Notes: a model not told the origin generated them from the sequence alone. A stretch of DNA of 64,000 nt from a virus (IMGVR_UViG_3300028031_000001:1-64000); one strand, 5' to 3'; numbered from the stretch's first letter, positions 47,396 through 56,277 are shown. A program made the numbers and translations.

Positions 47396-47470
47396 TGGTG
47401 GGTCTACCGAGCAACGATCTCGGACAGTCTGATTAAAAGTCAGATATGCTGCCAATTACATCATAGACCC
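47396..47470 (-). tRNA. tRNA-Lys(TTT)
   Basis: Full cloverleaf: acceptor GGGTCTA/TAGACCC, anticodon stem TCTGA/TCAGA with loop CTTTTAA, encoded CCA. Confidence 0.7.
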
Positions 47471-47712
47471 AAAGTTTGATTGCAACTTTGCTGGTCTGGC
47501 TTAATGATGCGGATCAATTCTCTTGACCCTGTTGTTCCTGTATTCATTTTAGTTCCTTAGTAGTGAGGGTTTTGACCATCACGTAATCTTTTATCTGCCG
47601 CAGCTTCAAAGCCTTGTTCGAAGATTCGTCCTATTTTTTTGATAGACGTTTCAATAAGAATCAATAATTTTAGAGTTTCTGCTGTTGTCATTTTCATTTC
47701 AATTCCTTAATT

Positions 47713-47788
47713 TGGTAGGCCCGGAGAGACTCGAACTCTCATAAATCTGGTTAGAAGCCAGATGCCTGTCCAGTTAGACTACGAGCCT
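47713..47788 (-). tRNA. tRNA-Arg(TCT)
   Basis: Full cloverleaf: T-arm GAGAG-TTCGAGT-CTCTC, anticodon loop CTTCTAA, encoded CCA. Confidence 0.7.
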
Positions 47789-48008
47789 ATAAATCTTCAA
47801 CCTCTTCTAAAGGTTGAAATGTTCCATGTTTAGGGTCTGAATCATAATGGTATTCTAAATCTTCAAAAACTTCCCCAAACTTGCTTCGATCACCCAAAAA
47901 ACCCTCTCCATTCCAGGAACCATAGTTGAAATTTCTTCCGATTCCACGGTACAATTGTCCGAATTTCATATCTTCTAGTTTTAAATAATTATCTTTTAAG
48001 TAATTCAT
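47787..48008 (-). CDS. Hypothetical small protein within the tRNA array
   Basis: 73-aa ORF between tRNA genes. Confidence 0.35.
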   Translation of the reverse strand: MNYLKDNYLKLEDMKFGQLYRGIGRNFNYGSWNGEGFLGDRSKFGEVFEDLEYHYDSDPKHGTFQPLEEVEDL

Positions 48009-48025
48009 AATAATATTCTCGTTAT

Positions 48026-48097
48026 TGGCTCACCCACTTGGAGTCGAACCAAGAAAAATTTCCTTCGTAGGGAAATGGCATTCCTATCGCTGGGTGA
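48026..48097 (-). tRNA. tRNA-Arg(ACG)
   Basis: T-arm CTTGG-TTCGACT-CCAAG, anticodon stem TTTCC/GGAAA with loop CTACGAA, encoded CCA. Confidence 0.65.
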
Positions 48098-48103
48098 ATT
48101 GTT

Positions 48104-48179
48104 TGGTACGGGTAGAAGGTTATGCTCCTCCGGTAAGCGCTTATAAGACGCCCGTTTTCACTAATTAAACTATACCCGC
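48104..48179 (-). tRNA. tRNA-Ile(TAT)-like gene with a non-canonical T-loop AGCATAA
   Basis: Acceptor GCGGGTA/TACCCGT, D-stem GTTT/AAAC, anticodon loop CTTATAA, encoded CCA. The T-loop lacks a TTC. Confidence 0.35.
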
Positions 48180-48542
48180 ACAATGCGGGTTATCTCTGTG
48201 TCCATCACTTAATCTCCTGATTGGGCCAGTGCTCGTTAAACAATCTTGATGGTTGGCTCGTGCCAATCCATTTCTTATAAATCAGCTTGTCGCCGAAATA
48301 AACGAAAAGATTGTTATCTATTTTGACTGAGCGCATACAATCTCCTAATAAGTCGGGGCGGAAGAATCGAACTTCCTTGCGCACTGCGACTGGCTGCTCC
48401 AGCAAACCCCCATTGTTTGGTGCGGGGCTGAGTAGTTGCACCTCAGATTTCTAATACTCTGTCACAGGTTATGATCCTATTTGGAGACGCAAAAGTTATC
48501 ACGCTGTACAAACGCTTCCGTCTTGCTTACACCCGCGTTACT

Positions 48543-48617
48543 TGGTAGACCTACGAGGTTATGCTCCCCGGTTGCTCGCGTATCAGACGAGTGCCTTCAC
48601 TATTAGACGATAGGTCA
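48543..48617 (-). tRNA. tRNA-Ile(GAT)-like gene with the same unusual T-loop AGCATAA
   Basis: Anticodon stem CTCGT/GCGAG with loop CTGATAC, T-stem CGGGG/CCTCG and a CCA-like 3' end. Confidence 0.4.
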
Positions 48618-48691
48618 ATAAAATATTCTATCATTTAAGACATCTTAGAAGCGTTAAAGTTTCGTAATATATCACAAATGACACCTAAATT

Positions 48692-48761
48692 TGGGGTGAC
48701 GTAGAGAATCGAACTCTTTAGTTCCGGATCACAACCGGGCCTTCTCCCTGAGAAACGCCAC
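48692..48761 (-). tRNA. tRNA-His(GTG)
   Basis: Acceptor GTGGCGT/ACGTCAC with a C discriminator. Anticodon loop TTGTGAT. T-loop TTCGATT. Encoded CCA. Confidence 0.5.
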
Positions 48762-48999
48762 ATCTTTAAACTTAATACATACTTAAGTCGTCTTTAAGGG
48801 TCTAATATGGCCTTAAAGCAACATTATAAAATTGAACCATATTGGTTTGAAATAAGCAAATTCAACCGTATTGGTTTATTTCGTGATATTCAACTAATAT
48901 GGTTGAATTGGTCAAGGCGGCGTGTTCTGCCCACGCTCCTCCGAGTTCCAAACCCGGCAGCTTATCTGAACTTGCCCTCGCCAAGAAGGTTTTAAAATT

Positions 49000-49085
49000 T
49001 GGTACTCCGAGAAAGATTTGAACTTTCAATCCCTTACGGGCGCTGGTTTCTAAAACCAGAGTGTATACCGTTCCACCACCGGAGC
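49000..49085 (-). tRNA. tRNA-Leu(TAG), type II
   Basis: T-arm GAAAG-TTCAAAT-CTTTC, anticodon stem CTGGT/ACCAG with loop TTTAGAA, long variable arm, encoded CCA. Confidence 0.7.
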
Positions 49086-49143
49086 ATTGTTCTTAGACTT
49101 GACACTTCGACTCTAATTGTCTCATGTGAGAGGTCTGTAAAAT

Positions 49144-49229
49144 TGGTACATCCGGAGAGACTCGAACTCTCAATCCATCTCAGGCGTTGGATTTTAAGTC
49201 CAATGTGTATCCCATTCCACCACAGATGC
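49144..49229 (-). tRNA. tRNA-Leu(TAA), type II
   Basis: T-arm GAGAG-TTCGAGT-CTCTC, anticodon stem TTGGA/TCCAA with loop CTTAAAA, long variable arm, encoded CCA. Confidence 0.7.
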
Positions 49230-49317
49230 ATAAATAATGCAGAACGTCATTACCGGCATCAGCCTCGACCTTAAAGGTTACGTGACCTCATATCCAAAGA
49301 TATGTCTGTTGGGTCAA

Positions 49318-49396
49318 TTTGGTCGCCAAGGTGGGAGTCGAACCCACGTCTGTTCTGCTTATGAGGCAGAGCTGGTGCCACTCCAGTCACTCGGCA
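49318..49396 (-). tRNA. tRNA-Met/Ile2(CAT)
   Basis: T-arm GTGGG-TTCGACT-CCCAC, anticodon stem TCTGC/GCAGA with loop CTCATAA, encoded CCA. The 5' boundary is uncertain by about 1 nt. Confidence 0.55.
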
Positions 49397-49467
49397 TTAA
49401 TTTTTACTTAAAACTTTCATTATCCGCAAGTTTTGCGGAAAATACGGCTATTAATCTCCGCAATTTT

Positions 49468-49553
49468 TGGTGTGCGTGGTAAGGAATCAAACCTACCAAG
49501 CCCAGAGGCGACGGGGTTACAATCCGCCAGCTTTCTCAGTTGCATACACGCAC
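49468..49553 (-). tRNA. Putative tRNA-Tyr(GTA), type II
   Basis: Perfect acceptor GTGCGTG/CACGCAC, loop TTGTAAC in an imperfect stem, long variable arm, encoded CCA. The T-arm is non-canonical. Confidence 0.4.
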
Positions 49554-49567
49554 ATTGTCAAAAAAAA

Positions 49568-49641
49568 TGGTATTCCCTGCGGGTACTGACCCCGCGCCGT
49601 CTGGTTGAAAGCCAGATATTCTACCATTAAACTAAGGGAAT
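49568..49641 (-). tRNA. tRNA-Glu(TTC)
   Basis: Perfect acceptor ATTCCCT/AGGGAAT, anticodon stem TCTGG/CCAGA with loop CTTTCAA, T-stem GCGGG/CCCGC, encoded CCA. Confidence 0.6.
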
Positions 49642-49676
49642 AATTCCCTAAGCCTCTTGTCCTGCGTATGTATACA

Positions 49677-50084
49677 TTATTTTCTCCCAAATTCTCTTCT
49701 ATTTCTCGAAACTCTTCGAGCGTTTGCAGATTTACAAAGTTCACAACTACACTGGTAGCTTCTAGACTTATATCTGCGCATTGTTCCATGTTCTGGAACT
49801 CCAAATTCATTCTTATAATCTTGTTTTGTTTTTTTTATGTGACACGGTTTACACCTTATGGTACATTTTTCCAATTCTTTATTTCGTCTAGGAATTGCCC
49901 AAGACCATATTCTGTGTGACACTTTATCTTTTGGGTCTTTATGGTCAATTTCTAAAGATAGCATCGATCCGCAATCTGTACAACCATCTTGTCCGTTTTC
50001 TTCAAACCAATCGCTTCTTCTTTTTGCGATCCATTCTCTAGCATATTTTCTTCTCGCTTCCAAATTTTTTATTGGCATAATCAT
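49677..50084 (-). CDS. HNH endonuclease embedded in the tRNA array
   Basis: HNH motif (LEIDHKDPKDK...H) plus zinc ligands (CTDCGS ... CKPCH ... CSCELC). Confidence 0.7.
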   Translation of the reverse strand: MIMPIKNLEARRKYAREWIAKRRSDWFEENGQDGCTDCGSMLSLEIDHKDPKDKVSHRIWSWAIPRRNKELEKCTIRCKPCHIKKTKQDYKNEFGVPEHGTMRRYKSRSYQCSCELCKSANARRVSRNRREFGRK

Positions 50085-50141
50085 AATCCTATTATTTAGG
50101 GTTCAATTATACATAAAAGCACAATTATGTCAACATAAATT

Positions 50142-50216
50142 TGGAGCCCTTACGACGATTTGAACGCCGGTCTTCTGATTACAAAACAGTGGCTCTACCA
50201 ATTGAGCTATAAAGGC
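50142..50216 (-). tRNA. tRNA-Thr(TGT)-like gene
   Basis: Canonical D-arm TAGCTCAATTGGTAGAGC, T-arm CGGCG-TTCAAAT-CGTCG and encoded CCA. The anticodon stem has A:A and T:T mismatches around loop TTTGTAA, or a 9-nt loop. Confidence 0.45.
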
Positions 50217-50319
50217 ATATCTTAAATTTGGTCGTGAGACTTTCACTCACTCTCGCTTTCCAGTACGCGCATATAGGTAGCGTCTTCGCGTTTCAGATTC
50301 TGATGAGAATCTAAAGCTT

Positions 50320-50391
50320 TGGTGGATCGACAGAGTAACGATCTCTGCCTTCCGCATTGCAAGTGCAGAGTCTGTCCCATACAGCCAACCC
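50320..50391 (-). tRNA. tRNA-Ala(TGC)
   Basis: T-stem CAGAG/CTCTG, anticodon stem CTGCA/TGCGG with loop CTTGCAA, encoded CCA. Confidence 0.55.
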
Positions 50392-50533
50392 AATAACCTA
50401 ATTATTGCACAACACAATAACCTAAAATTTGTACGATCATAAGTTTACTGACATTAACCGTGCTTGGTCTGGCAAAGGGATTTTGCGGTTCCCAATGGTT
50501 TCCGGCGCACTCGAAAGTACGACTCCTAGTATT

Positions 50534-50610
50534 TGGACAGTAGAGTCGGAATTGAACCGACGTAAAGCGAGTTTGCAATCCGCTGCCTAAGCCATTCGAG
50601 CCATCTACTG
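50534..50610 (-). tRNA. tRNA-Cys(GCA)
   Basis: Perfect acceptor CAGTAGA/TCTACTG, T-arm GTCGG-TTCAATT-CCGAC, anticodon loop TTGCAAA, encoded CCA. Confidence 0.6.
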
Positions 50611-50611
50611 T

Positions 50612-50686
50612 TGGCGCACTAAGATGGGATCGAACCACCGACGCGTGAGGCTTCAACCCACCGCTCTACCACTGAGCTACAAGTGC
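50612..50686 (-). tRNA. tRNA-Phe(GAA)
   Basis: D-arm TAGCTCAGTGGTAGAGC, anticodon stem GTGGG/CTCAC with loop TTGAAGC, T-loop TTCGATC, encoded CCA. Confidence 0.65.
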
Positions 50687-50951
50687 TTAAAATTAGTGAT
50701 CGGTCTAGGTCTCCATTTATTCCCCAACTTGGGAGACTCCACGCGACCCGAAGGTTTCTGCTTTCGCTTCATCAGGCGTAAAATGTCGGGCTAGATGTCT
50801 ACAATGTCAACCAATCTGGTAGACCAACGCTCTTTCTGCCTTTCGGCAATTCTTTAATTCTTACCCCGCCTTTAATTAAGTTGTCTTTACAACTCCCCTT
50901 TATTGGTATGCCGGGGACAGTGGATTTTGCAGGCGGTCACTGTTGCGCTCT

Positions 50952-51025
50952 TGGTGCTCGGTGTTGAAATCGAATCAACGTCTCCTACTTGTAAGGAAGG
51001 TGCTAATCCCCTCAGCTAACCGAGC
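50952..51025 (-). tRNA. tRNA-Val(TAC)
   Basis: Perfect acceptor GCTCGGT/ACCGAGC, T-arm GTTGA-TTCGATT-TCAAC, anticodon loop CTTACAA, encoded CCA. Confidence 0.6.
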
Positions 51026-51321
51026 TAATTTGTTTCCTTTTCAGATTTTTATATTCTCTATTTCTTTTGCACCACGGACAATCTCCGTGTGAACGGCAAG
51101 TTCTATCTATAGACTTGCTGCCTGTGTAAGATTTTCTATTCGTTCGTGACATAAATATCCTAATATGGTGGGACAGACGCCGCTACAGCATCACCGATTA
51201 CGTTAATTATTCATAACCTACACATTTTTCGCTTTAGTAATTACTCTAAACCGACGTGTGTCGAAGGAGATTGTCGCATGACTCTCATCCTACCGCTCTA
51301 CTTTGAGCTACATCCCATGTT

Positions 51322-51396
51322 TGGTGCGTCGTCAGAGTCTCGAACTCTGCTTTCAAGGTTGGAAACCTTGCACATCGCCTACAATGTTTACAACGC
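51322..51396 (-). tRNA. tRNA-Gly(TCC)
   Basis: Acceptor GCGTTGT/ACGACGC, anticodon stem CAAGG/CCTTG with loop TTTCCAA, T-arm CAGAG-TTCGAGA-CTCTG, encoded CCA. Confidence 0.7.
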
Positions 51397-51429
51397 AATA
51401 ATCGTTTCATTTTTTGCAACGATTTAAAT

Positions 51430-51511
51430 TGGTGGAGCTGGAGCGATTCGAACGCTCGTCCGAGAGTTTCCCAATGGGCTTTACCTCTCGTCGAAACCAA
51501 AACACAGCCCC
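51430..51511 (-). tRNA. tRNA-like gene (82 nt), anticodon undetermined
   Basis: Perfect T-arm GAGCG-TTCGAAT-CGCTC, acceptor GGGGCTG/CAGCTCC and encoded CCA. The internal arm is atypical, with a 6-bp stem enclosing 18 nt. Confidence 0.35.
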
Positions 51512-51698
51512 TTATTTAAATTGTGTCGTTGATGGGGGATCGTCCCCATGCCTCCCCTACTCTATTTCAAGGCGAACTACATTATTCCACAACAACAAAA
51601 CTTCTCTAGCACATTTGATTATATCGCTACGAGCGAAACCATCTCTGGTAGTCTGCGAACGATACCTAAGTACCCTAGTACGTATCCGCTTGTTAATT

Positions 51699-51773
51699 TG
51701 GCGATCACGGTGAGAATCGAACTCACGACACGAGGATAGACAATCCACTGCTTAACCATTCAGCTTCGCAACC
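51699..51773 (-). tRNA. tRNA-Asp(GTC)-like gene
   Basis: T-arm GTGAG-TTCGATT-CTCAC, a G:U-rich acceptor, anticodon loop TTGTCTA in a stem with one T:T mismatch, encoded CCA. Confidence 0.45.
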
Positions 51774-51851
51774 TTAATTCTTTGACCACCTTTTGTTATT
51801 GCTTCTGCATTTACCTTAGCAGACCGCTCACGGGGCCGATGTCCTAGCCAG

Positions 51852-52214
51852 TTAAATAACCCTCATAATTTCTGCACGGGCTTTTATCAATTTTGAAATA
51901 TCTTGCATCGCGCCTCTGAAACTTAAAGTTTCTCCAGACGCATGGTCTGTAACTATATTTCGCTCCGCGTGGTACGTTCTAATTCTGACACTTCCAGCTC
52001 TAAATCGTTCCGTATCTTCGTGTAAACTTTTCAATACTCTCGATTTGCATACGGCAAGGGCGTTCTTTTTGTTTGTTTCGCGAGACTTGCTTCCCGTGCC
52101 TTGCGCTTTAATACCAGTAGATAAGTGTGTTACTCTACAACAATTTTGATGCTTGTTGCGATGCTGTCCACCCTTACCCGTTCCAGAAAACCATTCGATT
52201 TTATACTCATCCAT
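51852..52214 (-). CDS. RF-1 domain peptidyl-tRNA hydrolase (ArfB/YaeJ-like ribosome-rescue factor)
   Basis: GGQ motif in context: SGTGKGGQHRNKHQN...THL..TG. The protein is short (120 aa) with a basic C-terminal tail, like ArfB. Confidence 0.65.
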   Translation of the reverse strand: MDEYKIEWFSGTGKGGQHRNKHQNCCRVTHLSTGIKAQGTGSKSRETNKKNALAVCKSRVLKSLHEDTERFRAGSVRIRTYHAERNIVTDHASGETLSFRGAMQDISKLIKARAEIMRVI

Positions 52215-52636
52215 AATGGTAGTCCCTAGCCAGTTTCTTTTGTTTGTACCACTTCAGCCATTTACCAGTATTTGATTTTGACTTTTGAAGTTTTATACTT
52301 TTGTGACGCATTTTAACCTTAAATTAGTGGTTGTATTTTTGTGTCCGTCAGATGATTACCCTTACTATATTTGGGACTCTCCGATAGTTTTGTATACAAC
52401 CGTAGGGTTTAGCTCCCTCTGTAACGGTGAACTAAGGTATTCCCGTAGCTATGTTCCGATACAACTCTTTAATGCCAGTAGGTATATTTACGCTACCCGA
52501 GGTTCTTAACATTTGCTCTGCACAACCCACTGCAACATCAAAACTTTTATATTTCCCTAGCCCGCGTCTTACCGTCTGCGAAGGCGTAGGGCATACGATA
52601 CGTAGTCTAATGACCAATGAGACGCATCTTTCTTTT

Positions 52637-52713
52637 TGGCTGGCAATCAAGGGCTTGAACCTTGCGCGGTCGGATTAACAGTCCGTCGCCCACACCCGGT
52701 GGGCCTATTGCCA
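52637..52713 (-). tRNA. tRNA-Asn(GTT)
   Basis: Perfect acceptor TGGCAAT/ATTGCCA, T-arm CAAGG-TTCAAGC-CCTTG, anticodon loop CTGTTAA, encoded CCA. Confidence 0.55.
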
Positions 52714-52975
52714 ATAATTAAATCAGCTTCTCGGTGGTTTCCTAGTGAGGCTTGTTAGAAGGGGTGGGGACTTAAATTTTTTACTATCTTCTTTTAGCCT
52801 CTCTAGCGTTGCACCGAGAGGCTGCAAAGCTAAGATCAATCGATCATATTGAGGGGGCGCTGATCTTCCAGCCACGGACTTGTCGCCGAGCCTGACCCCG
52901 TAATCTCGAAATGTTTGGTTGACCTAAAATAATTCATGCAAGTATTATGCTCCTATTTAATTCAATTGTCAAGTT

Positions 52976-54673
52976 TTATTTTGACTTTTTCGAAAATCCA
53001 AGCGCTAAATAATCAAATTTGGCTACGATGTTCTCACAGAACCCCTCAGTCTCACTTATAATATCAAGGCGTTCTTTATAATGCCGGTATAAATGGTTGT
53101 TGTTTCTGTCTTCAAAATCAACAACGAAAGCAACGTTAGGGCCGAACTTTTTTTCTCTCAATCCGCGACCTACCCTCTGGCGCAAATTAACTTCAGCCTT
53201 TCCTCCGCCAGCTAGTATTATCATACCTACGCTAGGAACGTCCACACCAACGTCTAAAATAGTTGATCCTATTAAAACATCAATCCGCCCACTTTTCAAC
53301 TGGTTTAACGCAAACTCTCTTTGTTCTTGGCTATCCTTTCCAGATATAAATACAGACTTTAGACCATTCATAACCATCATCCGTTTTAGAAGCTCACCAT
53401 GTTTTGTATGATTAACCAAAACCATCGTGGTTAATCCATAACTTTTCGCCTCTTTGGCCTCGACAATAACGGAATTGTTTCGCTTCTTGTTTTCGGTGAT
53501 ACCCATCTTATAGGCTTTCGTCCACGAGGCTGATCTGGTTAGGCCCGGAACTTTCTCAACCTTGATATATTTAAAATATGGCTTAGCTAAAATTCCAGAG
53601 TTAATCAAAAGTTTTTCAGAAACCTTGATTCCGATTGGGCCTGTGCAAGCCATTAGCCTCATATTTGCTTCTTGGTTATCTTTCATAAACGGAGTTGCTG
53701 TCAAAGCTAGCCTATACCAAGCATTGCTACATGCGTTAGATATATTATAATACCCATTTCCAGAAACTTCATGAGCCTCCTCCAAACAAAAAAATCCTAT
53801 AGTTTTTAAGAACTTAATAGTCTCTTTTCTTTTTATTTTAGATAATTCCACGGTTTTTATTATTTTATCTCGAACCTCGTCATTGTTTATAGGGTTTGCA
53901 GCAATAACAGATTTCCTTACCTCGGCTATTTTCTGTTTTAAAAGCTTAGGAACTTTGCTTAAGGTGTTGGTTTCGGTGGGTAAATTGTTTGCGCGCATAA
54001 CTTCGATAATTTTTTTCTCAAGATTTTTATAATATTTATCCATAACTTTTTTGGTTTCTGTCTCAAGCGTTTTTTCTTCTAACCGAGCAGCCAAGGTTCC
54101 AACAGTAGCAAAATTTGCCCCTTTAGAATTTGGAGCCCACTTTCCATCTCCAAGATATCCAGCCCATTCGCCCATAGTTTCTTCAAAATTATTTGCCATT
54201 TGATACATAAGGCTTTTTCTAGATGTTAAAAATAAAGTTGGTAAGCCAATTCTAGAATAACAGAGTTTAAAAACTCGACTTTTCCCACCACCGGTTGCTA
54301 TTTGGGCAATCATACCTCGAAGCGATAAAACTCTGCCTACAACTTCTGGTTGAAATTTGTACCTATGATCGTCTGGAAATTCATCAACCTTGGGGGTTTT
54401 GGGGCCGGTAGGTTCAGGGGCATCACGACTGTGGGTGATGACGTTATAGCCACCCATCTCCAATTTTTTTTTAACCATCCGAACAAATCCGGCTGGGAAA
54501 CTATTGGTCGCCATACTAAAATGTGAATTATATCCATCCCAATTGCCAGCATTCATATGTTCAAAACCAGCTACTTTAAAAGATAAAATTTCCGATATAA
54601 GATATCGCAAGTCGTTATCCGGGTTATGGAGCTTCGCTTTAACTGGATTAAATAATATAACCGCTTGCAGCAA
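52976..54673 (-). CDS. Superfamily-2 DNA helicase (DEAD/DEAH-box; UvsW/RecG-like)
   Basis: Walker A ATGGGKS. DEAH-like motif II FFCLEEAHEV. Motif III LALTATPF. Motif VI QRVGRGLR. Confidence 0.75.
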   Translation of the reverse strand: MLQAVILFNPVKAKLHNPDNDLRYLISEILSFKVAGFEHMNAGNWDGYNSHFSMATNSFPAGFVRMVKKKLEMGGYNVITHSRDAPEPTGPKTPKVDEFPDDHRYKFQPEVVGRVLSLRGMIAQIATGGGKSRVFKLCYSRIGLPTLFLTSRKSLMYQMANNFEETMGEWAGYLGDGKWAPNSKGANFATVGTLAARLEEKTLETETKKVMDKYYKNLEKKIIEVMRANNLPTETNTLSKVPKLLKQKIAEVRKSVIAANPINNDEVRDKIIKTVELSKIKRKETIKFLKTIGFFCLEEAHEVSGNGYYNISNACSNAWYRLALTATPFMKDNQEANMRLMACTGPIGIKVSEKLLINSGILAKPYFKYIKVEKVPGLTRSASWTKAYKMGITENKKRNNSVIVEAKEAKSYGLTTMVLVNHTKHGELLKRMMVMNGLKSVFISGKDSQEQREFALNQLKSGRIDVLIGSTILDVGVDVPSVGMIILAGGGKAEVNLRQRVGRGLREKKFGPNVAFVVDFEDRNNNHLYRHYKERLDIISETEGFCENIVAKFDYLALGFSKKSK

Positions 54674-54749
54674 AATTTGCCTCGTTGTTGATTATTTCGA
54701 CAAATGTAAGTATAATACCCTACATTAGTAAATTTTTTGAGGAAATAAA

Positions 54750-55418
54750 TTGAAAATTTTAAATTTAGACCCCGCTGATTTATCACCTAACCCGTGGAAT
54801 CCTAACATAGTAGACCCCATTAATCAAGGAAAATTAAAAGAATCTTTATTGGTTGATGGTATTCAAAAACCTATACTGGTTAGAACCCTAAAAGATGGAA
54901 AGGTTCAAATTATAGATGGGCAACATAGGGTTGCTGCTGCAATAGAAATTGGATTAAAAACAATACCTTGCGCCGATGTTGGAGATATCCCAGATGGCAA
55001 GGCGAAGAAAATCACATTGATCGCTAACAACCGCTATGGTGAGGATGATGCAGACTTGATGGCGGCTTTGCTTGGCGATGAAGATTTATGCGACATGAAA
55101 GAACTCTTAGCGACTCTTCCGTATGAAGAATCTCAGTTAGAATCATACTTTGAGCATATAAATTTAAATGATGAGTTGGCTGATGTAGATGATCTAGACG
55201 ATGATTTAGACCTCGGTATCGAACAAAACTCCGCGCCTAGAACTCACCAAGTATTAAGATTCAAAGTTTCTATGGAAGATTCTGTACAGCTTGGCGAACT
55301 TATAACATCAACCAGACACGAACAAGGTTTTACAGGAAGCGATGATTTAACCAACTCTGGAGATGCTTTGGTTTATATATTGCTAAACAGCGGAAAATTG
55401 GTTGGAGACTCCGAATGA
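54750..55418 (+). CDS. ParB-like nuclease-domain protein
   Basis: ParB/Srx N-terminal motif (IIDGQHRVAAA) followed by an acidic C-terminal half. Confidence 0.6.
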   Translation: MKILNLDPADLSPNPWNPNIVDPINQGKLKESLLVDGIQKPILVRTLKDGKVQIIDGQHRVAAAIEIGLKTIPCADVGDIPDGKAKKITLIANNRYGEDDADLMAALLGDEDLCDMKELLATLPYEESQLESYFEHINLNDELADVDDLDDDLDLGIEQNSAPRTHQVLRFKVSMEDSVQLGELITSTRHEQGFTGSDDLTNSGDALVYILLNSGKLVGDSE

Positions 55419-55567
55419 GTGCTGGAAAAGAGAAATCGTCTTACGATATGATTAGGGAAGAGTTAGAAGATTTGACCGAAGAGTCTGTTCCGGAGCTTGA
55501 GCCGGAAAGAGATTTTACATTCGAAAATACGGAATTTGCGGTTGAAGATTTAGATTCTGATTATTAA
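55415..55567 (+). CDS. Small acidic protein (50 aa; below the ORF-track cutoff)
   Basis: Its ATG overlaps the ParB-like stop (MSAGKEKSSYDMIREELEDL...). Confidence 0.25.
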   Translation: MSAGKEKSSYDMIREELEDLTEESVPELEPERDFTFENTEFAVEDLDSDY

Positions 55568-55582
55568 AATTGAGGAACGATT

Positions 55583-55918
55583 ATGTACATAACCGAAAAA
55601 CAGTCGAATGTTATGGTTATCGTGTTAGCGGGTAACAAAAATGATGATGGTGTTGTGATTTCTTGGTGCGATATTTATCAGATAAAAGATCGCGTCCCGC
55701 ACAAGGTTACGAGGGAGGCAATTAATGACACTTTGTTAGCCCTAAAACGGAAAGGATTTGTCGATATAAAACCCCGAGCTGAGACTAGAAACGGAACGAG
55801 AAGGAATATTTACCTCCCAACTAACGCCGCATTCGATTTATTGGATTTAACCCCAAAACCAGAACCTGAAGCGGATTTTGAAATAAGAGAATCCCTTGAA
55901 TTTACTGGGCTTGAGTAA
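55583..55918 (+). CDS. Hypothetical protein, possibly a winged-helix DNA binder
   Basis: 111-aa ORF with a GAGGAA RBS. Confidence 0.4.
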   Translation: MYITEKQSNVMVIVLAGNKNDDGVVISWCDIYQIKDRVPHKVTREAINDTLLALKRKGFVDIKPRAETRNGTRRNIYLPTNAAFDLLDLTPKPEPEADFEIRESLEFTGLE

Positions 55919-56277
55919 GGTTGGCGATTCCATGTTGCACTTTTAAGTGCTCCCTACGAAGTATAATATATACATATAGTAAATATACGCATATATACAA
56001 TATACTATCTTTGAGGGGATGAAAAAAAGTGCAACATATAATGTAGAAATAATGGAGATATTTAATTGAGAGAATTTATGAGTTTTTTTAACTTAACAAA
56101 ATACAGAAATCAGAGCTGCGGATCAGCGAAGCTTTGTTTAGATTTATACAGCCTCGGAAATGTAAGTTTCTTAAGATACAAAAATGTGTTAAAATATATA
56201 CTGAATTTTAAGAACTCCTCAGAGAACCGGGTCTCATCTGCTCAGATGCAGACCCATTTTTTTGGAATCCGGTAATC

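Noticed and set aside
48338-48480. Two further T-arm-containing segments (GGAAG-TTCGATT-CTTCC at 48352..48368, and a CTGAG/CTCAG hairpin ending ...GCACCA at 48416..48450)
   Set aside because: The first gives only a 61-nt body with no D-arm and no encoded CCA. The second has a 9-nt loop and no discriminator. They may be degenerate or pseudo tRNAs and need a covariance-model check.
50226-50290. tRNA-like 3' end (TGG ... T-arm-like GTGAG-TGAAAGT-CTCAC)
   Set aside because: No acceptor stem or D or anticodon arms could be paired. It may be a remnant or a structured spacer.
46120-52678. Tracked short ORFs across the tRNA array (46120..46329, 46215..46415, 48205..48441, 48807..48995, 48999..49274, 49034..49231, 49237..49482, 49433..49630, 49517..49810, 49668..49919, 49858..50163, 50402..50656, 51285..51500, 51414..51713, 51548..51739, 51557..51748, 52285..52509, 52432..52650, 52451..52678)
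   Set aside because: They overlap well-folded tRNA genes or are antisense to the HNH gene. They lack RBSs and have odd composition. They are most likely non-coding.
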